Origin: a virus
Lineage: Duplodnaviria; Caudoviricetes
Virus record (IMG/VR): IMGVR_UViG_3300022220_000001
Coordinates: 1 to 60,954 of that record
Direction: 5' to 3' (one strand)
DNA: 60,954 nucleotides
Below the pieces are notes generated by a model. It saw only the letters and a program-made list of their open reading frames with translations. It made no database searches and was not told the DNA's origin. Positions within the stretch are counted from its first letter, which is position 1; every line of letters starts with the position of its first letter. The position numbers and the translations under genes were made by a program. Below are positions 27,127 to 36,743 of the stretch, piece by piece.

Positions 27127-27414
27127 ATATGACCCCTGATATCACAAAAGAAGATCTTAAAGAACATGGATATATAGAGTTGAGAGAGCTAACTGAAGAA
27201 GAAAAAAAAAGAGGCTGGAAAGGTTGAATTATATAAGCGAAAGTCATTGGAGTTTTGCAATCTAGCGATACATTATAATAATAGATTATATTCTGATATC
27301 ATTATTAAGGACGGAATCAGTAATAATTCGGTTATAATTATAGAAAATCGAATATACACAAAGCCGGTGGAGTAATATTGTAAAGATTTCAGATAAACTT
27401 GGTAGGAGGATATA

Positions 27415-27624
27415 TTGGAACTAACAGAATGCATTTATAACCCAAGAGGAAAAGCCACATACAAGCACCTAATAGGTGAACGTGGGTTATTTTATTACTA
27501 TATGTGTTGTGAGGACGGGGACTTTGTTGCTTTCGTTCCACAACACGATGCAATGAAAACAAAACACAATAATCAGTATTTAGTGAAAGAGACTGAGTTA
27601 GAAATTGTATCAAAAAACAAGTAA
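27415..27624 (+). CDS. Hypothetical protein
   Basis: AGGAGG RBS before a TTG start. Confidence 0.55.
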   Translation: MELTECIYNPRGKATYKHLIGERGLFYYYMCCEDGDFVAFVPQHDAMKTKHNNQYLVKETELEIVSKNK

Positions 27625-27766
27625 ACACACCCTCCCCCGCCAACCTTGTTTGAGCTTGGTTGGGGGTTGGGAATTGTAAAAAAAATATTATAGGCATAAA
27701 ATTGGGGTACAATGAAAAGTTACATAGAGAATATTGCAAAAGCGTGCGGTAAAATAGGAGGTTGAT

Positions 27767-28381
27767 ATGCCACAAAAAAAAAGCAAGGCAAGGGAAAAAT
27801 TAAATGAAAAACAAATTGCCTTCTGCTATGAGTATGTCGCAAACAATTTTAATGGAACGAAAGCACACTTGGCCGTATATAAAGGTAAGTCTGAGAACGC
27901 GGCTGGTGTAGAGGCAAACAAGCGCCTAAAAAAGCCTAAAGTTAAAGCTCTCATCAAGAAGCTTACAGAAAAACACCTTACAAAGTTGTCATATACAGCT
28001 AATGATGTTCTAAAAGAACTGTCAAAAAACGCGTTTTCGGATATAAAAGATTTTGTTTCCTGGAGCAAGGACAGTGGTGTTATAATCAAGAATACGGAAG
28101 AGCTTGGAGAGTTTACCTCGTGTATTAGAGAAATAAAAATAGATGCAAGAGAGATAATGGAAGACGGAAAACCCACAGGAATAAAAGACTACAAAATAGA
28201 TCTTAAATTGCACGACAAAGTAAAGTCACTAGAGCTGTTGGGTAAGAACTTATTATTATTTGTTGATAGGTTAAAAGTTGAGAAAGATGACGCAACAGAA
28301 AAGTTTGAGCGAATTGCGAAAATCATGGATGAAGAGTGTCGGCCTAGTGAGGATAGATCCGATAACACCGATACAGTATAA
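27767..28381 (+). CDS. terS: Terminase small subunit
   Basis: LNEKQIAFCYEY...NGTKA, ...VLKEL...AFSDIKDF and KLHDKVKSLELLGK motifs; AGGAGG RBS. Confidence 0.9.
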   Translation: MPQKKSKAREKLNEKQIAFCYEYVANNFNGTKAHLAVYKGKSENAAGVEANKRLKKPKVKALIKKLTEKHLTKLSYTANDVLKELSKNAFSDIKDFVSWSKDSGVIIKNTEELGEFTSCIREIKIDAREIMEDGKPTGIKDYKIDLKLHDKVKSLELLGKNLLLFVDRLKVEKDDATEKFERIAKIMDEECRPSEDRSDNTDTV

Positions 28382-29705
28382 ATACCTGCATGACGAGCAT
28401 CGTTTTATAATTGTTGCAGCCGGTAGAAGATCCAGAAAAACATTAATCGCAAAACAAAAAATCCTCAATAGGGCAATCAAAACCCCTGATACACTATGGT
28501 TTCATGCCGCGCCAACCTATAACCAAGCCAAGTCAATATTTTGGGAAGATTTAAAAAAATATACGAAGGTGTTCCGCACAAAAAAAGAGCCTTCTGAGTC
28601 AAACCTGTCCGTTGAGTTAGATAATCGATCACAAATACACGTGATAGGCTTAGATAAACCACAGCGTATTGAGGGGCGTACCAAATCATGGAATGGCTGC
28701 CATATAGCAGAGGTCGGTGATGTAAAACCAAACGCTTGGGAGACCAATATCCGGCCAGTGTTGGCAGATACCGGTGGTAGTGCTATTCTTGATGGTGTTC
28801 CAGATCCAATGAAGTCAGGTTTCGCTGGACACAAAAAGCTAGCGCAATATGCATGTGGTGGGTCAATACCAAAAATAGAGCCATTGATAGGTGCGTATGG
28901 AGAAAATAAGGAGGATATAGACTTTAGTTTTTACGGTTGGTTTTCGTCAGATGTTATCCCCCCAAAAGAAATGGAGTCGATAAGAAATACCACAGATCCA
29001 CTGACTTATAGAATAGAATACGAAGCCAGCTTTGAAGAAATAGCTGGAAAGGTATATTACTCTTTTATTCCAGATTACTATCCCAACGGTAATCTTGATA
29101 AGAATATACAGTATGACCAAAATCTACCAATAGTTATGGGGTTTGATTTCAATGTCAACCCCATGACCGCAGTACTTGGGCATGTAAAAAGAAACGAAAA
29201 AGGCATGCAAGAGTGGTTGTTGTTTAAGGGGTATTTCCTTAAGGCAAGTAATACAGAGCAACTAATAAGACGAATATTTGATGAGCATCCAGATACTTTT
29301 ACTTTTGTTTTAACTCCGTGTCAAAGTTCAATCGCAAGACAATCGTCACAGGAAATAACGGCCGATGGATATAAGACCGATCTGGCAATTATAAAAAACG
29401 TAGCAAAGGAATACGGGAAAAATCTAAAGGTAGCAAAACGGTCTAAAAATCCGCCTGTCCATAAGGGTATTAGTGCGGTGAATTCTAAGCTAAACAATAA
29501 AACCCTTAGAATAAATCCACAAGATCCAGGTTTACAAGAACTGATCAAAGATCTTGAGTGGCTAACATATAAAGAGGGCACAAGCGCAATAGATGAAAGT
29601 GATAAGATGCGGAACCACATATCAGCATGCTTGAGGTATCCATGCGAAAAGCATTGGCCGGTTAAGCAAGAGCGTAGTGAAGGAAATAATAAAATTATAG
29701 TATGA
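28278..29705 (+). CDS. terL: Terminase large subunit (true start probably 28329 or 28347)
   Basis: AGRRSRKT, APTYNQAK, IRPVLADTGG, EYEASF, GFDFNVNPM and H....LRY motifs; follows terS. Confidence 0.85.
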   Translation: MRKMTQQKSLSELRKSWMKSVGLVRIDPITPIQYKYLHDEHRFIIVAAGRRSRKTLIAKQKILNRAIKTPDTLWFHAAPTYNQAKSIFWEDLKKYTKVFRTKKEPSESNLSVELDNRSQIHVIGLDKPQRIEGRTKSWNGCHIAEVGDVKPNAWETNIRPVLADTGGSAILDGVPDPMKSGFAGHKKLAQYACGGSIPKIEPLIGAYGENKEDIDFSFYGWFSSDVIPPKEMESIRNTTDPLTYRIEYEASFEEIAGKVYYSFIPDYYPNGNLDKNIQYDQNLPIVMGFDFNVNPMTAVLGHVKRNEKGMQEWLLFKGYFLKASNTEQLIRRIFDEHPDTFTFVLTPCQSSIARQSSQEITADGYKTDLAIIKNVAKEYGKNLKVAKRSKNPPVHKGISAVNSKLNNKTLRINPQDPGLQELIKDLEWLTYKEGTSAIDESDKMRNHISACLRYPCEKHWPVKQERSEGNNKIIV

Positions 29706-29715
29706 AAGGTAGTTT

Positions 29716-29928
29716 ATGAATAAATTTGAAAATAGAGATTGCATGGAGGGTATGATGGAATACCCAGATAAATATTTTGAATTGGCTATTGTTGATCCTC
29801 CGTATGGTGGGTGTGATCACCTTGTGAATAGAGTGGGTGGGGGTTGGGCTCACAAATATGGCAAGAAAATTAACAAATGGGACATAGCTCCAAGTAAGGA
29901 AGGCGAGTATTATGCACGAAAGATTTAA
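29716..29928 (+). pseudogene. N-terminal fragment of an N6A/N4C DNA methyltransferase
   Basis: NRDCMEGM...YFELAIVDPPYG...WD.AP, then it stops; no SAM-binding motif follows. Confidence 0.7.
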
Positions 29929-30316
29929 TAGGACTGTATGGGCTTTTAAAAAAGATTTCACGGGTGCTTTGGCTAAATGTTTAGTAAAACTATCTCCGTA
30001 TCCTGTGCCAGATAACCTTGAAAAGATAATTGCTGAGTTTCATGAGCGCATTCCGTATGATTTTGACAAAAATGGTATGGTGAAAGTAAGTATCAAGGAT
30101 ATGAGAACAAAAATAAATAAAGTCCTTGAGTCCATGCCTGATGTTATGGCTTTGAACGAACGTAAGAACGGTAGGGAAGGTCATAGCTTTACCTGTCGAT
30201 ATAGTAAAAAGCCTGATCCCAACGATGATTTTATTGATATTATGGCCGTGGCACAAAATATTACTTGTGAGTTTGCAGAAAGGGCCGATGCACAAGCTTG
30301 GCTTGATAGAAAATAA
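29912..30316 (+). CDS. Hypothetical protein
   Basis: 134 aa ORF overlapping the methyltransferase fragment. Confidence 0.55.
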   Translation: MHERFNRTVWAFKKDFTGALAKCLVKLSPYPVPDNLEKIIAEFHERIPYDFDKNGMVKVSIKDMRTKINKVLESMPDVMALNERKNGREGHSFTCRYSKKPDPNDDFIDIMAVAQNITCEFAERADAQAWLDRK

Positions 30317-30413
30317 ATAGCTATACCAAGTTAGATTTGTTTTAATTATTGTATAATTATTACATTTGTGTATATTAATAGTTATATGCACAAATTTAAA
30401 AGGAGGAAGAAAA

Positions 30414-31931
30414 GTGGCAAAACTATATCCAACTAATGTTCCGATAGATCTAAGCTCTATCCCCATACACCCAGAAGTAGAAAAAAGAATTAAAAAGTGG
30501 GAAAGAATAGAAATTTTACTAGATCAAGATGAAGAAAAAATAACTGAAAATTTTTGTCGTATGTTGCCGAACGAAGATCCAAAATCGTATGATATCAGAA
30601 AAGAAACGTATAATGAGACTTTCGTCAATATCACACAGGATTTAATAACCGCACCAGTTAATTCTGTATTTTCTCAAGGGTTAAAAATCGATTACAAAAA
30701 CGAAAATTCTTCGATAGTTAAAAAAATGAATGAAAATGTAACTATTGGAAGTGAAAATATTACGATAAGAAGATATATAAAAGATTTTGTTGGTGTCGCT
30801 ATTAGGGGTTATGGCTCAGTTTGCACAATAATAGATAAACCCAAAAATGCGAGTGAAAGCCTTGCGGTTGAAATTAATGATGGTCTACCATACATTAGTA
30901 ATATCCAGCTTAAAGATATAAAAAATTGGTCATTAGATTATGAAGGAAATTTAAACTGGATAGTATACACCAAGAACTATCTTCCAGCGTGGGAAAACCC
31001 TTTTACTGAAAAAGCGCCAATATCTATTGAATTGGAATGCATGTACACCAAAAATGAATACATTGTGAGAAAGGCCGGTGGAAAAGTAATTAACGAATTA
31101 TCAATGGTACACAATTACGGTTTTGTCCCTGTTGTTATACAGGGGTCTTTTCTAGCCAAGCAGGGCGACATCTTAGGCAATGCAGCCATGTTCCAAACAT
31201 CCAACTCAATTATTAATATGAACAACAATCTAAATGTTGGTAATTATGAGTTGTATAAGCATGGTGGTGCGCTATTATTGATGCCAGAGGACGCAACAAG
31301 TGGCACCAACTTAGAAACCGATGAAAAAGGAAATGTCAATCTCAAAAAACATGATGATAACGGAATGTTAGTATATGGAGGTGATATACAACCGGACTAT
31401 TTATTGAAAGAGCTCAAGGTGGCTGATTTTATGGCCTGGGCTATGGCTTATCAAAGATACGCTATAGAAAACGAAAGAGATTTGAAATCAATAGCAAATA
31501 AAGGTACATCGGGTGAAATTGTGCAAGAATCTGGCTTTGCTAAAATGGTTGACCGTGAACCCCTGGAATCAAATCTCATTAGTTTGTCAGAAGATTTCGA
31601 GGCCTGGTATCAAAAAGTAACCGCAATGCGAGCTAAATTGATGAATGTAGAGGATGATAGTTCTATTGAGTTCGACAAAGACTATGACCTGAGGTCGACA
31701 AAACAAAAATACGAAGAGTTGAAGATAGCAATCGAAAATGATGTTAGGGCGGTTTCTCCTACCCTTTTCCGTGAGCACTACAAGAATATCGCACCTGGTG
31801 AGGTTAGAGATCCTGATATTCTTAGCACTATTAACAATGAGATTGATGAATATAATCCTGATCTTATCAACGATGAAATAGCCAAAGAAATAGAAGAACA
31901 ACAAAAAGAAAGCGAAAAAGAAAAAGAATAG
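30414..31931 (+). CDS. Portal protein
   Basis: About 505 aa after terL; AGGAGG RBS at GTG 30414; HNYGFVPVV and ESGFAK...E motifs of SPP1/DUF4055-type portals. Confidence 0.8.
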   Translation: MAKLYPTNVPIDLSSIPIHPEVEKRIKKWERIEILLDQDEEKITENFCRMLPNEDPKSYDIRKETYNETFVNITQDLITAPVNSVFSQGLKIDYKNENSSIVKKMNENVTIGSENITIRRYIKDFVGVAIRGYGSVCTIIDKPKNASESLAVEINDGLPYISNIQLKDIKNWSLDYEGNLNWIVYTKNYLPAWENPFTEKAPISIELECMYTKNEYIVRKAGGKVINELSMVHNYGFVPVVIQGSFLAKQGDILGNAAMFQTSNSIINMNNNLNVGNYELYKHGGALLLMPEDATSGTNLETDEKGNVNLKKHDDNGMLVYGGDIQPDYLLKELKVADFMAWAMAYQRYAIENERDLKSIANKGTSGEIVQESGFAKMVDREPLESNLISLSEDFEAWYQKVTAMRAKLMNVEDDSSIEFDKDYDLRSTKQKYEELKIAIENDVRAVSPTLFREHYKNIAPGEVRDPDILSTINNEIDEYNPDLINDEIAKEIEEQQKESEKEKE

Positions 31932-31960
31932 TTGACTTTTTAAAGAAAATACACTATGTT
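31932..31960 (+). promoter_or_regulatory. sigma70 promoter at the start of the glycan island
   Basis: TTGACT-17 nt-TATGTT directly after the portal stop. Confidence 0.75.
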
Positions 31961-32034
31961 ATATAGTATGAGCCCGATATACCAAAAAACAAAAATCTTT
32001 CCCTTGGTTAAAAGTGCAACAATTAGTTGCAGTT

Positions 32035-32085
32035 GGCTGGATGTGCCTTCACTATGTGTCGGGCTCACACATCCAGCTTTTTTTT
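32035..32085 (+). terminator. Intrinsic terminator with a competing antiterminator helix
   Basis: GCTGGATGTG / CACATCCAGC stem followed by T8; its loop (32055-32067) can pair with 31969-31981. Confidence 0.65.
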
Positions 32086-32097
32086 ATTTGGAAAATT

Positions 32098-32292
32098 ATG
32101 ACTATTAAAGAGTTATATCAGTTGTTAATATTGCTTCCTGAAGAAATGGAAGTGGTGATACAGAAAGACGGCAATAAACTTTCTCCTTTGGTTGGTGGTG
32201 ATACTTGCGAGGTAAGCGTCCAAGGCCAACAGTATGGTGGTATCCCAACATTTCCAATAGAAAGAGTTTTCGTCTTGTATCCAACAAATTGA
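32098..32292 (+). CDS. Small conserved phage hypothetical protein
   Basis: MTIKEL..LL..LPEEMEVVI pattern; ATG 32098 lies after the leader terminator. Confidence 0.55.
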   Translation: MTIKELYQLLILLPEEMEVVIQKDGNKLSPLVGGDTCEVSVQGQQYGGIPTFPIERVFVLYPTN

Positions 32293-32321
32293 TAAAACAT
32301 TAGAAACGGGTAGAAATTAAC

Positions 32322-33227
32322 ATGAAAATATTATTTAACGCCTTAGGTTGTGGTTTGGGCAATAATGGCGGCACACACACTATTGTTAGTAGTATTAATT
32401 GTTTAAATAAATTAAAGCATAACGCATCTTTAGCAGCCGTAAAAAACAACTACGATTGGGGTTGCGTTTCCAATTTTATTGGTGAGATGCGAGATACTGT
32501 TTATAGCGATGTTGTTGTCAATGTATCTGTGTGGGATGTCGACTATACCCTGCTTATGTCGTGTGATAAAAAGGTGTGGTGGATGCGTGGTTGGGAAAAA
32601 TGGGTAAAAGGAGAGCAGTATTTAATAGGCCAGATTAAAAAATTTGTGGGTGCAGGTGGTAAAATAATTGTTAATTCTTCGTGGTTGATACAGCAGTTAA
32701 AAGAAAAGTGTGGTGTGGATTCACAACTGTGCTATTCTGGTTTAGATTTGGATTTCTGGAAGCCTTCAGTAATACATACTGATAAGCATACTATAGGTGC
32801 TCTCTGGCATCCTAAGCATAAGACAAAAAATTATTCGATGTTTAGCACACTGAAAGCAATATACAATGAAAGAACGGATATGGTATTTCAAACTGTCCGT
32901 GGGAATTTAACACAAGAACAAATGAGGATATTTTATGGAAACTGTAATGCTTGGCTTTCGTTGTCTGAGTTGGAAGGCTTTCACCAATGCCCTGCTGAAG
33001 CCGCATTGTGTGGGTGTGATATTATCTATAATGATGTTGATTCCGGTGGCACGCGCGATTACTGCACACCTGAGACAGCGACACCGTTTAAATCTTTTAG
33101 CGAACTCGTATTATCCCTGGAAAACCAAATATCCAGTCAAACGAAACGAGACAAAATGCAGGAAGTTTTGGTAAATAAAATTGGCAGTCGTGAAAGTAAT
33201 ATGAAAAAATTTGTGGAGATGCTATAA
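32322..33227 (+). CDS. GT-B glycosyltransferase (GT4-like)
   Basis: NGG N-terminal loop, VNSSW, GLDLDFW, EGFHQCPAEAALCG (EX7E motif). Confidence 0.8.
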   Translation: MKILFNALGCGLGNNGGTHTIVSSINCLNKLKHNASLAAVKNNYDWGCVSNFIGEMRDTVYSDVVVNVSVWDVDYTLLMSCDKKVWWMRGWEKWVKGEQYLIGQIKKFVGAGGKIIVNSSWLIQQLKEKCGVDSQLCYSGLDLDFWKPSVIHTDKHTIGALWHPKHKTKNYSMFSTLKAIYNERTDMVFQTVRGNLTQEQMRIFYGNCNAWLSLSELEGFHQCPAEAALCGCDIIYNDVDSGGTRDYCTPETATPFKSFSELVLSLENQISSQTKRDKMQEVLVNKIGSRESNMKKFVEML

Positions 33228-33229
33228 TT

Positions 33230-33775
33230 ATGGCAAAGATAACATACGAAAAATGTGAATATTGTAATCGTAGGCATTGTGACGGTAAAGAGTTTTTGGT
33301 AAAAGGTGAATATGAATATTACGAAAAAATTATAGTAGAAAAAATAGTATGCAGTAATTTGGTGTATAGTAGTGCCGACAAAGACTTGGAACTAAAACAA
33401 GATGAAATGCGTGATAAACTTAAAACAAACCTTCGCAATAACAAAGCATCGTTGGAAGATCTGCAAAAAATTGTTTGCGAAGGTTTGTTTTCAAAAAAAA
33501 TTACAGAAGATGATATAAAAAAATATGCGGCCAAACAACACAATTTGGTGAAAAGCAGTGCTAAAGCACAAAAAGAACTAGAAAAAATAAAGAAAAAAAC
33601 CATCCCAAAAAAATATTATCATAATATCGTGTGTGGTCATGGTGCTAATTTTGATATAGAAGCGATTCCTGTAAAGCAATGTGACCCAAAAGAAATATCA
33701 ATAATAAAAGCAGCACAAAAGATGAAAGAAGAAATATTAGATGGTGATGATTTGTCTCCTGAGATAGGAAATTAA
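33230..33775 (+). CDS. Hypothetical protein
   Basis: 181 aa, Lys/Glu-rich, CxxC near the N-terminus. Confidence 0.55.
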   Translation: MAKITYEKCEYCNRRHCDGKEFLVKGEYEYYEKIIVEKIVCSNLVYSSADKDLELKQDEMRDKLKTNLRNNKASLEDLQKIVCEGLFSKKITEDDIKKYAAKQHNLVKSSAKAQKELEKIKKKTIPKKYYHNIVCGHGANFDIEAIPVKQCDPKEISIIKAAQKMKEEILDGDDLSPEIGN

Positions 33776-34698
33776 TGAAATATCCTAAATTAATAATTTT
33801 ATACGGTAGATTCCAAACTACAACAAACTGGAAACAACAGCGCATGATAGACGGTGGCGCAACGTGCATGTATCGTGAGATGGCGCAAACGTTTGGTGAA
33901 ATAATTTATCTTGCCCCACAGAAAATAAGCAAGAAATGGGAAAAGTGCTTTATATCAAAGAAAACATTAATTGATTATTTAAAAAGTTTTCCCGATGCAG
34001 TAATTTGGAGTGTAAAACATGATTTGAATAAAGATAGCGTGTTAAACTTAATTCCAAATAAAAAAGTGTATTATTCGTGTTGTTCATATGATATGTATAA
34101 TTCAAAATGCGATATATCGTTGGTCGATTTACCAAGCAGGATAAAAAACAACGGAAAACTTTGGGTAAAAGGCAAAAACCCTACATATTGGAAGCCAAGT
34201 AATAATAAAATATATGACCTCTTAATAATGGGTTCTCGCGGAGACAAAAATGAGTTGTTTTTCCTAAAAAACATGCAACAAACTGACAAGGAGTATAGTA
34301 TACTGTGGATTGGTGGTGATAAGTTCCGTGATAAACAGATAAATAAAAAGCATCAAGTATGCTATACTCCTTTCTTTTCTATGGAAGATGTAAGAAAACA
34401 TATCCCTTTGGCTAAAATGGGTGTAATTCTTTCAGAACATCCAGCGGAAGGATTTCCACAAAGCTTTCTTGAAATGACCATGTGCGGGGTGCCAGTTGTG
34501 TATTTGTTCAAAGGTAGCCCAAATCGTGTGTATAGTGGTAACTTTACCGGAATTGTTGATAAGCATATTGTTTCCGCAGTTGTTGAGGATAAGCTATCTA
34601 CTTGGACTATGGAGAGGTCGGAAAGTGTGAGAGAGTACGCTAAAAATAATTATAGTTTAGAAAAATCTTATGAATCAATATTGTTTGGATTAGAATGA
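33775..34698 (+). CDS. GT-B glycosyltransferase (GT4-like)
   Basis: EGFPQSFLEMTMCGVPVV (EX7E motif). Confidence 0.8.
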   Translation: MKYPKLIILYGRFQTTTNWKQQRMIDGGATCMYREMAQTFGEIIYLAPQKISKKWEKCFISKKTLIDYLKSFPDAVIWSVKHDLNKDSVLNLIPNKKVYYSCCSYDMYNSKCDISLVDLPSRIKNNGKLWVKGKNPTYWKPSNNKIYDLLIMGSRGDKNELFFLKNMQQTDKEYSILWIGGDKFRDKQINKKHQVCYTPFFSMEDVRKHIPLAKMGVILSEHPAEGFPQSFLEMTMCGVPVVYLFKGSPNRVYSGNFTGIVDKHIVSAVVEDKLSTWTMERSESVREYAKNNYSLEKSYESILFGLE

Positions 34699-34868
34699 AT
34701 GTAACAATAAAAGGTTTTAATACTCCACCGTATAGAGTGATAGGTGAATTCGAATCAGTTAGAATCGACCAAGGCAGCATAGATGATTGTTGTGTGATAG
34801 AATACGTAAACGGTGAGTATGTTATATATATTAGCAATCAAAAAATTCCTATAAGGATTGTGCGTTGA
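34695..34868 (+). CDS. Small hypothetical protein (57 aa)
   Basis: Fills the gap with 4-nt overlaps on both sides. Confidence 0.5.
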   Translation: MNVTIKGFNTPPYRVIGEFESVRIDQGSIDDCCVIEYVNGEYVIYISNQKIPIRIVR

Positions 34869-35611
34869 AGCATTTAGTAATAACAATGGCAGACGAAATG
34901 TACTTCCCCAATGGGAAGCTTTTCCTTGAGACAAGAAAAAGGGTTCATGCTGACTTTTTATTATACACCCCAGATGAAACAGGGTTGTGTGAGTATAGTA
35001 GGCGAGTTTGCGCACATCACGAAATAGATGTGAGGCCTGTAGACCAGAACCAGTGGAACACGATGAATCAAAGTTTAAAATTCTATTACATGGCGTGGAA
35101 TTATAGGGAATATGATTATGTTACAATGTGTGATTTTGACACTTTCTTTATAAGCGATTGGTCGAAGGTTGTGTTTGGTAATGATTTTGTGTTTGGCGTT
35201 ACAACAACTGAGGGTTACCCACAACACAACTACCTTAGGTCTAAAGTTAACGGTGGTGTAATTTTCTTAAAGAATCATCAAGACACAAAAAGCATGCTTG
35301 GGATAGCGCACAAGTGTATTAAAGACGGTGGACATATAGACCTTCCTCAGTATGACCAAATATGGAAGACCTTGGAAGATCCGAAGCGGCGAGATGGGAA
35401 ACGGCACTATCGAACAAATCATGCGTGGTGGTGTGATCAGGTTTTTTTATCTGCTCTTGTAATACATGGGGGGTACAATGTTAGGGCTTTCCCATGCAAA
35501 AGATTCAATGCTTTGGATAGTCGCCCGGATACTTCTGATATTCCTGGCGTGTATATAAAACATCTCAAATCAGCTAATAGAATAGTGAAAAAAGGAACAA
35601 TTAGTGGATAA
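34865..35611 (+). CDS. GT-A glycosyltransferase (GT8/GT77-like)
   Basis: DFD (DxD), NGGVIF, DQ..L, FN and terminal HLK motifs. Confidence 0.7.
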   Translation: MKHLVITMADEMYFPNGKLFLETRKRVHADFLLYTPDETGLCEYSRRVCAHHEIDVRPVDQNQWNTMNQSLKFYYMAWNYREYDYVTMCDFDTFFISDWSKVVFGNDFVFGVTTTEGYPQHNYLRSKVNGGVIFLKNHQDTKSMLGIAHKCIKDGGHIDLPQYDQIWKTLEDPKRRDGKRHYRTNHAWWCDQVFLSALVIHGGYNVRAFPCKRFNALDSRPDTSDIPGVYIKHLKSANRIVKKGTISG

Positions 35612-36464
35612 GAAGCTGTGGAAAATTACGTACAGCAATAAAACGCAGTATTTTGTGCTGGCAAAAGAAAAAGAAATTGCAGTGGCTTTAATAGAAAAAC
35701 ATTACCAAGAAACAGAATCCACAATAGACCAGGAAGAGTGTATGGATTCTGTGAAATTGGTTGGCGAATTGTTGAGTGCTGAAGATAAAAGTATTGTTTA
35801 CTCAGATATCTTTTTAGGGGTGGGATTAGTGGCTGAATATACGGAAAAGTGGAATAAGTACAAAATAGGTAATATCCCTTGGATAAACGCTAATAGAAAT
35901 CATTTGGCACGCCAATTGTTTATTAATTACGTGAAGGACAATTGTGGGGCAATAAGATCGGTATTGGAAATAGGCGCTGGAGAGTGTATAGAGGCGTGTG
36001 CGTTGATGGATGTTGTTGATTATACTGTTATGGATACATCAGATTTGTTTTTGTCTCATGCTAAGCAATTAGGGCTAAAAACTAGAAAATGTGATATGGT
36101 GAATTGTGATGAAAAATATTTTGAGTATGATCTTATATATATGTGTGGGGTTATAGAGCATACACCTGATATAACAAGAACAATAAGTGGCATAAATAAT
36201 ATTGGAAAAAAATATTATATCACCATGTTTCGTTGGGGGTATAATGATAACTTATCTACGTGGTTCGAGCCAAAAAAAAAATATTATACATCAACGTTTG
36301 ATATTGAAAAAATCTTTAATTTGTTTGGTGATGCGGAAGAAAAAATTATTGTACTCAAAGATGGTGGTGTAGAACAATACGAATGTTATGAAAAAAATAT
36401 AGATAAAACAATGAAAGAACATAGAAACGGAAATTGGCTTTCTTTTTATGGAAACTGCTATTAA
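35604..36464 (+). CDS. Class I SAM-dependent methyltransferase
   Basis: VLEIGAGE and YDLIYMCGVIEH motifs. Confidence 0.75.
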   Translation: MDKKLWKITYSNKTQYFVLAKEKEIAVALIEKHYQETESTIDQEECMDSVKLVGELLSAEDKSIVYSDIFLGVGLVAEYTEKWNKYKIGNIPWINANRNHLARQLFINYVKDNCGAIRSVLEIGAGECIEACALMDVVDYTVMDTSDLFLSHAKQLGLKTRKCDMVNCDEKYFEYDLIYMCGVIEHTPDITRTISGINNIGKKYYITMFRWGYNDNLSTWFEPKKKYYTSTFDIEKIFNLFGDAEEKIIVLKDGGVEQYECYEKNIDKTMKEHRNGNWLSFYGNCY

Positions 36465-36503
36465 AGCATTAAAAACATTATTATAAGAAAGGTACGGTAC
36501 GAT

Positions 36504-36743
36504 ATGATAGATCAGAGTTTCACTCCAAAAACAATTGATGTTGTTGAAGTTAGTATTGTCGGCAGAGAAGGAAGTACAATACAACAAAATATTTCACAAG
36601 CACTAATGGTAGGAGTTGCCGAAAACGTCACGGTGAATTTGACAATGGAGGAAAAGGTTTTAAGATTTAGACCAATTGATATTATTAATTATATAGAAAA
36701 GTTTTGTCAAGTCGGCCAGGATAATAAAAAAGATGCAGATTGA
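36504..36743 (+). CDS. Hypothetical protein
   Basis: 79 aa ORF within the operon. Confidence 0.5.
   Translation: MIDQSFTPKTIDVVEVSIVGREGSTIQQNISQALMVGVAENVTVNLTMEEKVLRFRPIDIINYIEKFCQVGQDNKKDAD

Noticed and set aside
27630-27672. GC-rich hairpin before terS
   Set aside because: The stem is imperfect and lacks a U-tract; it could be a pac or regulatory site, but nothing in the sequence supports a specific call.
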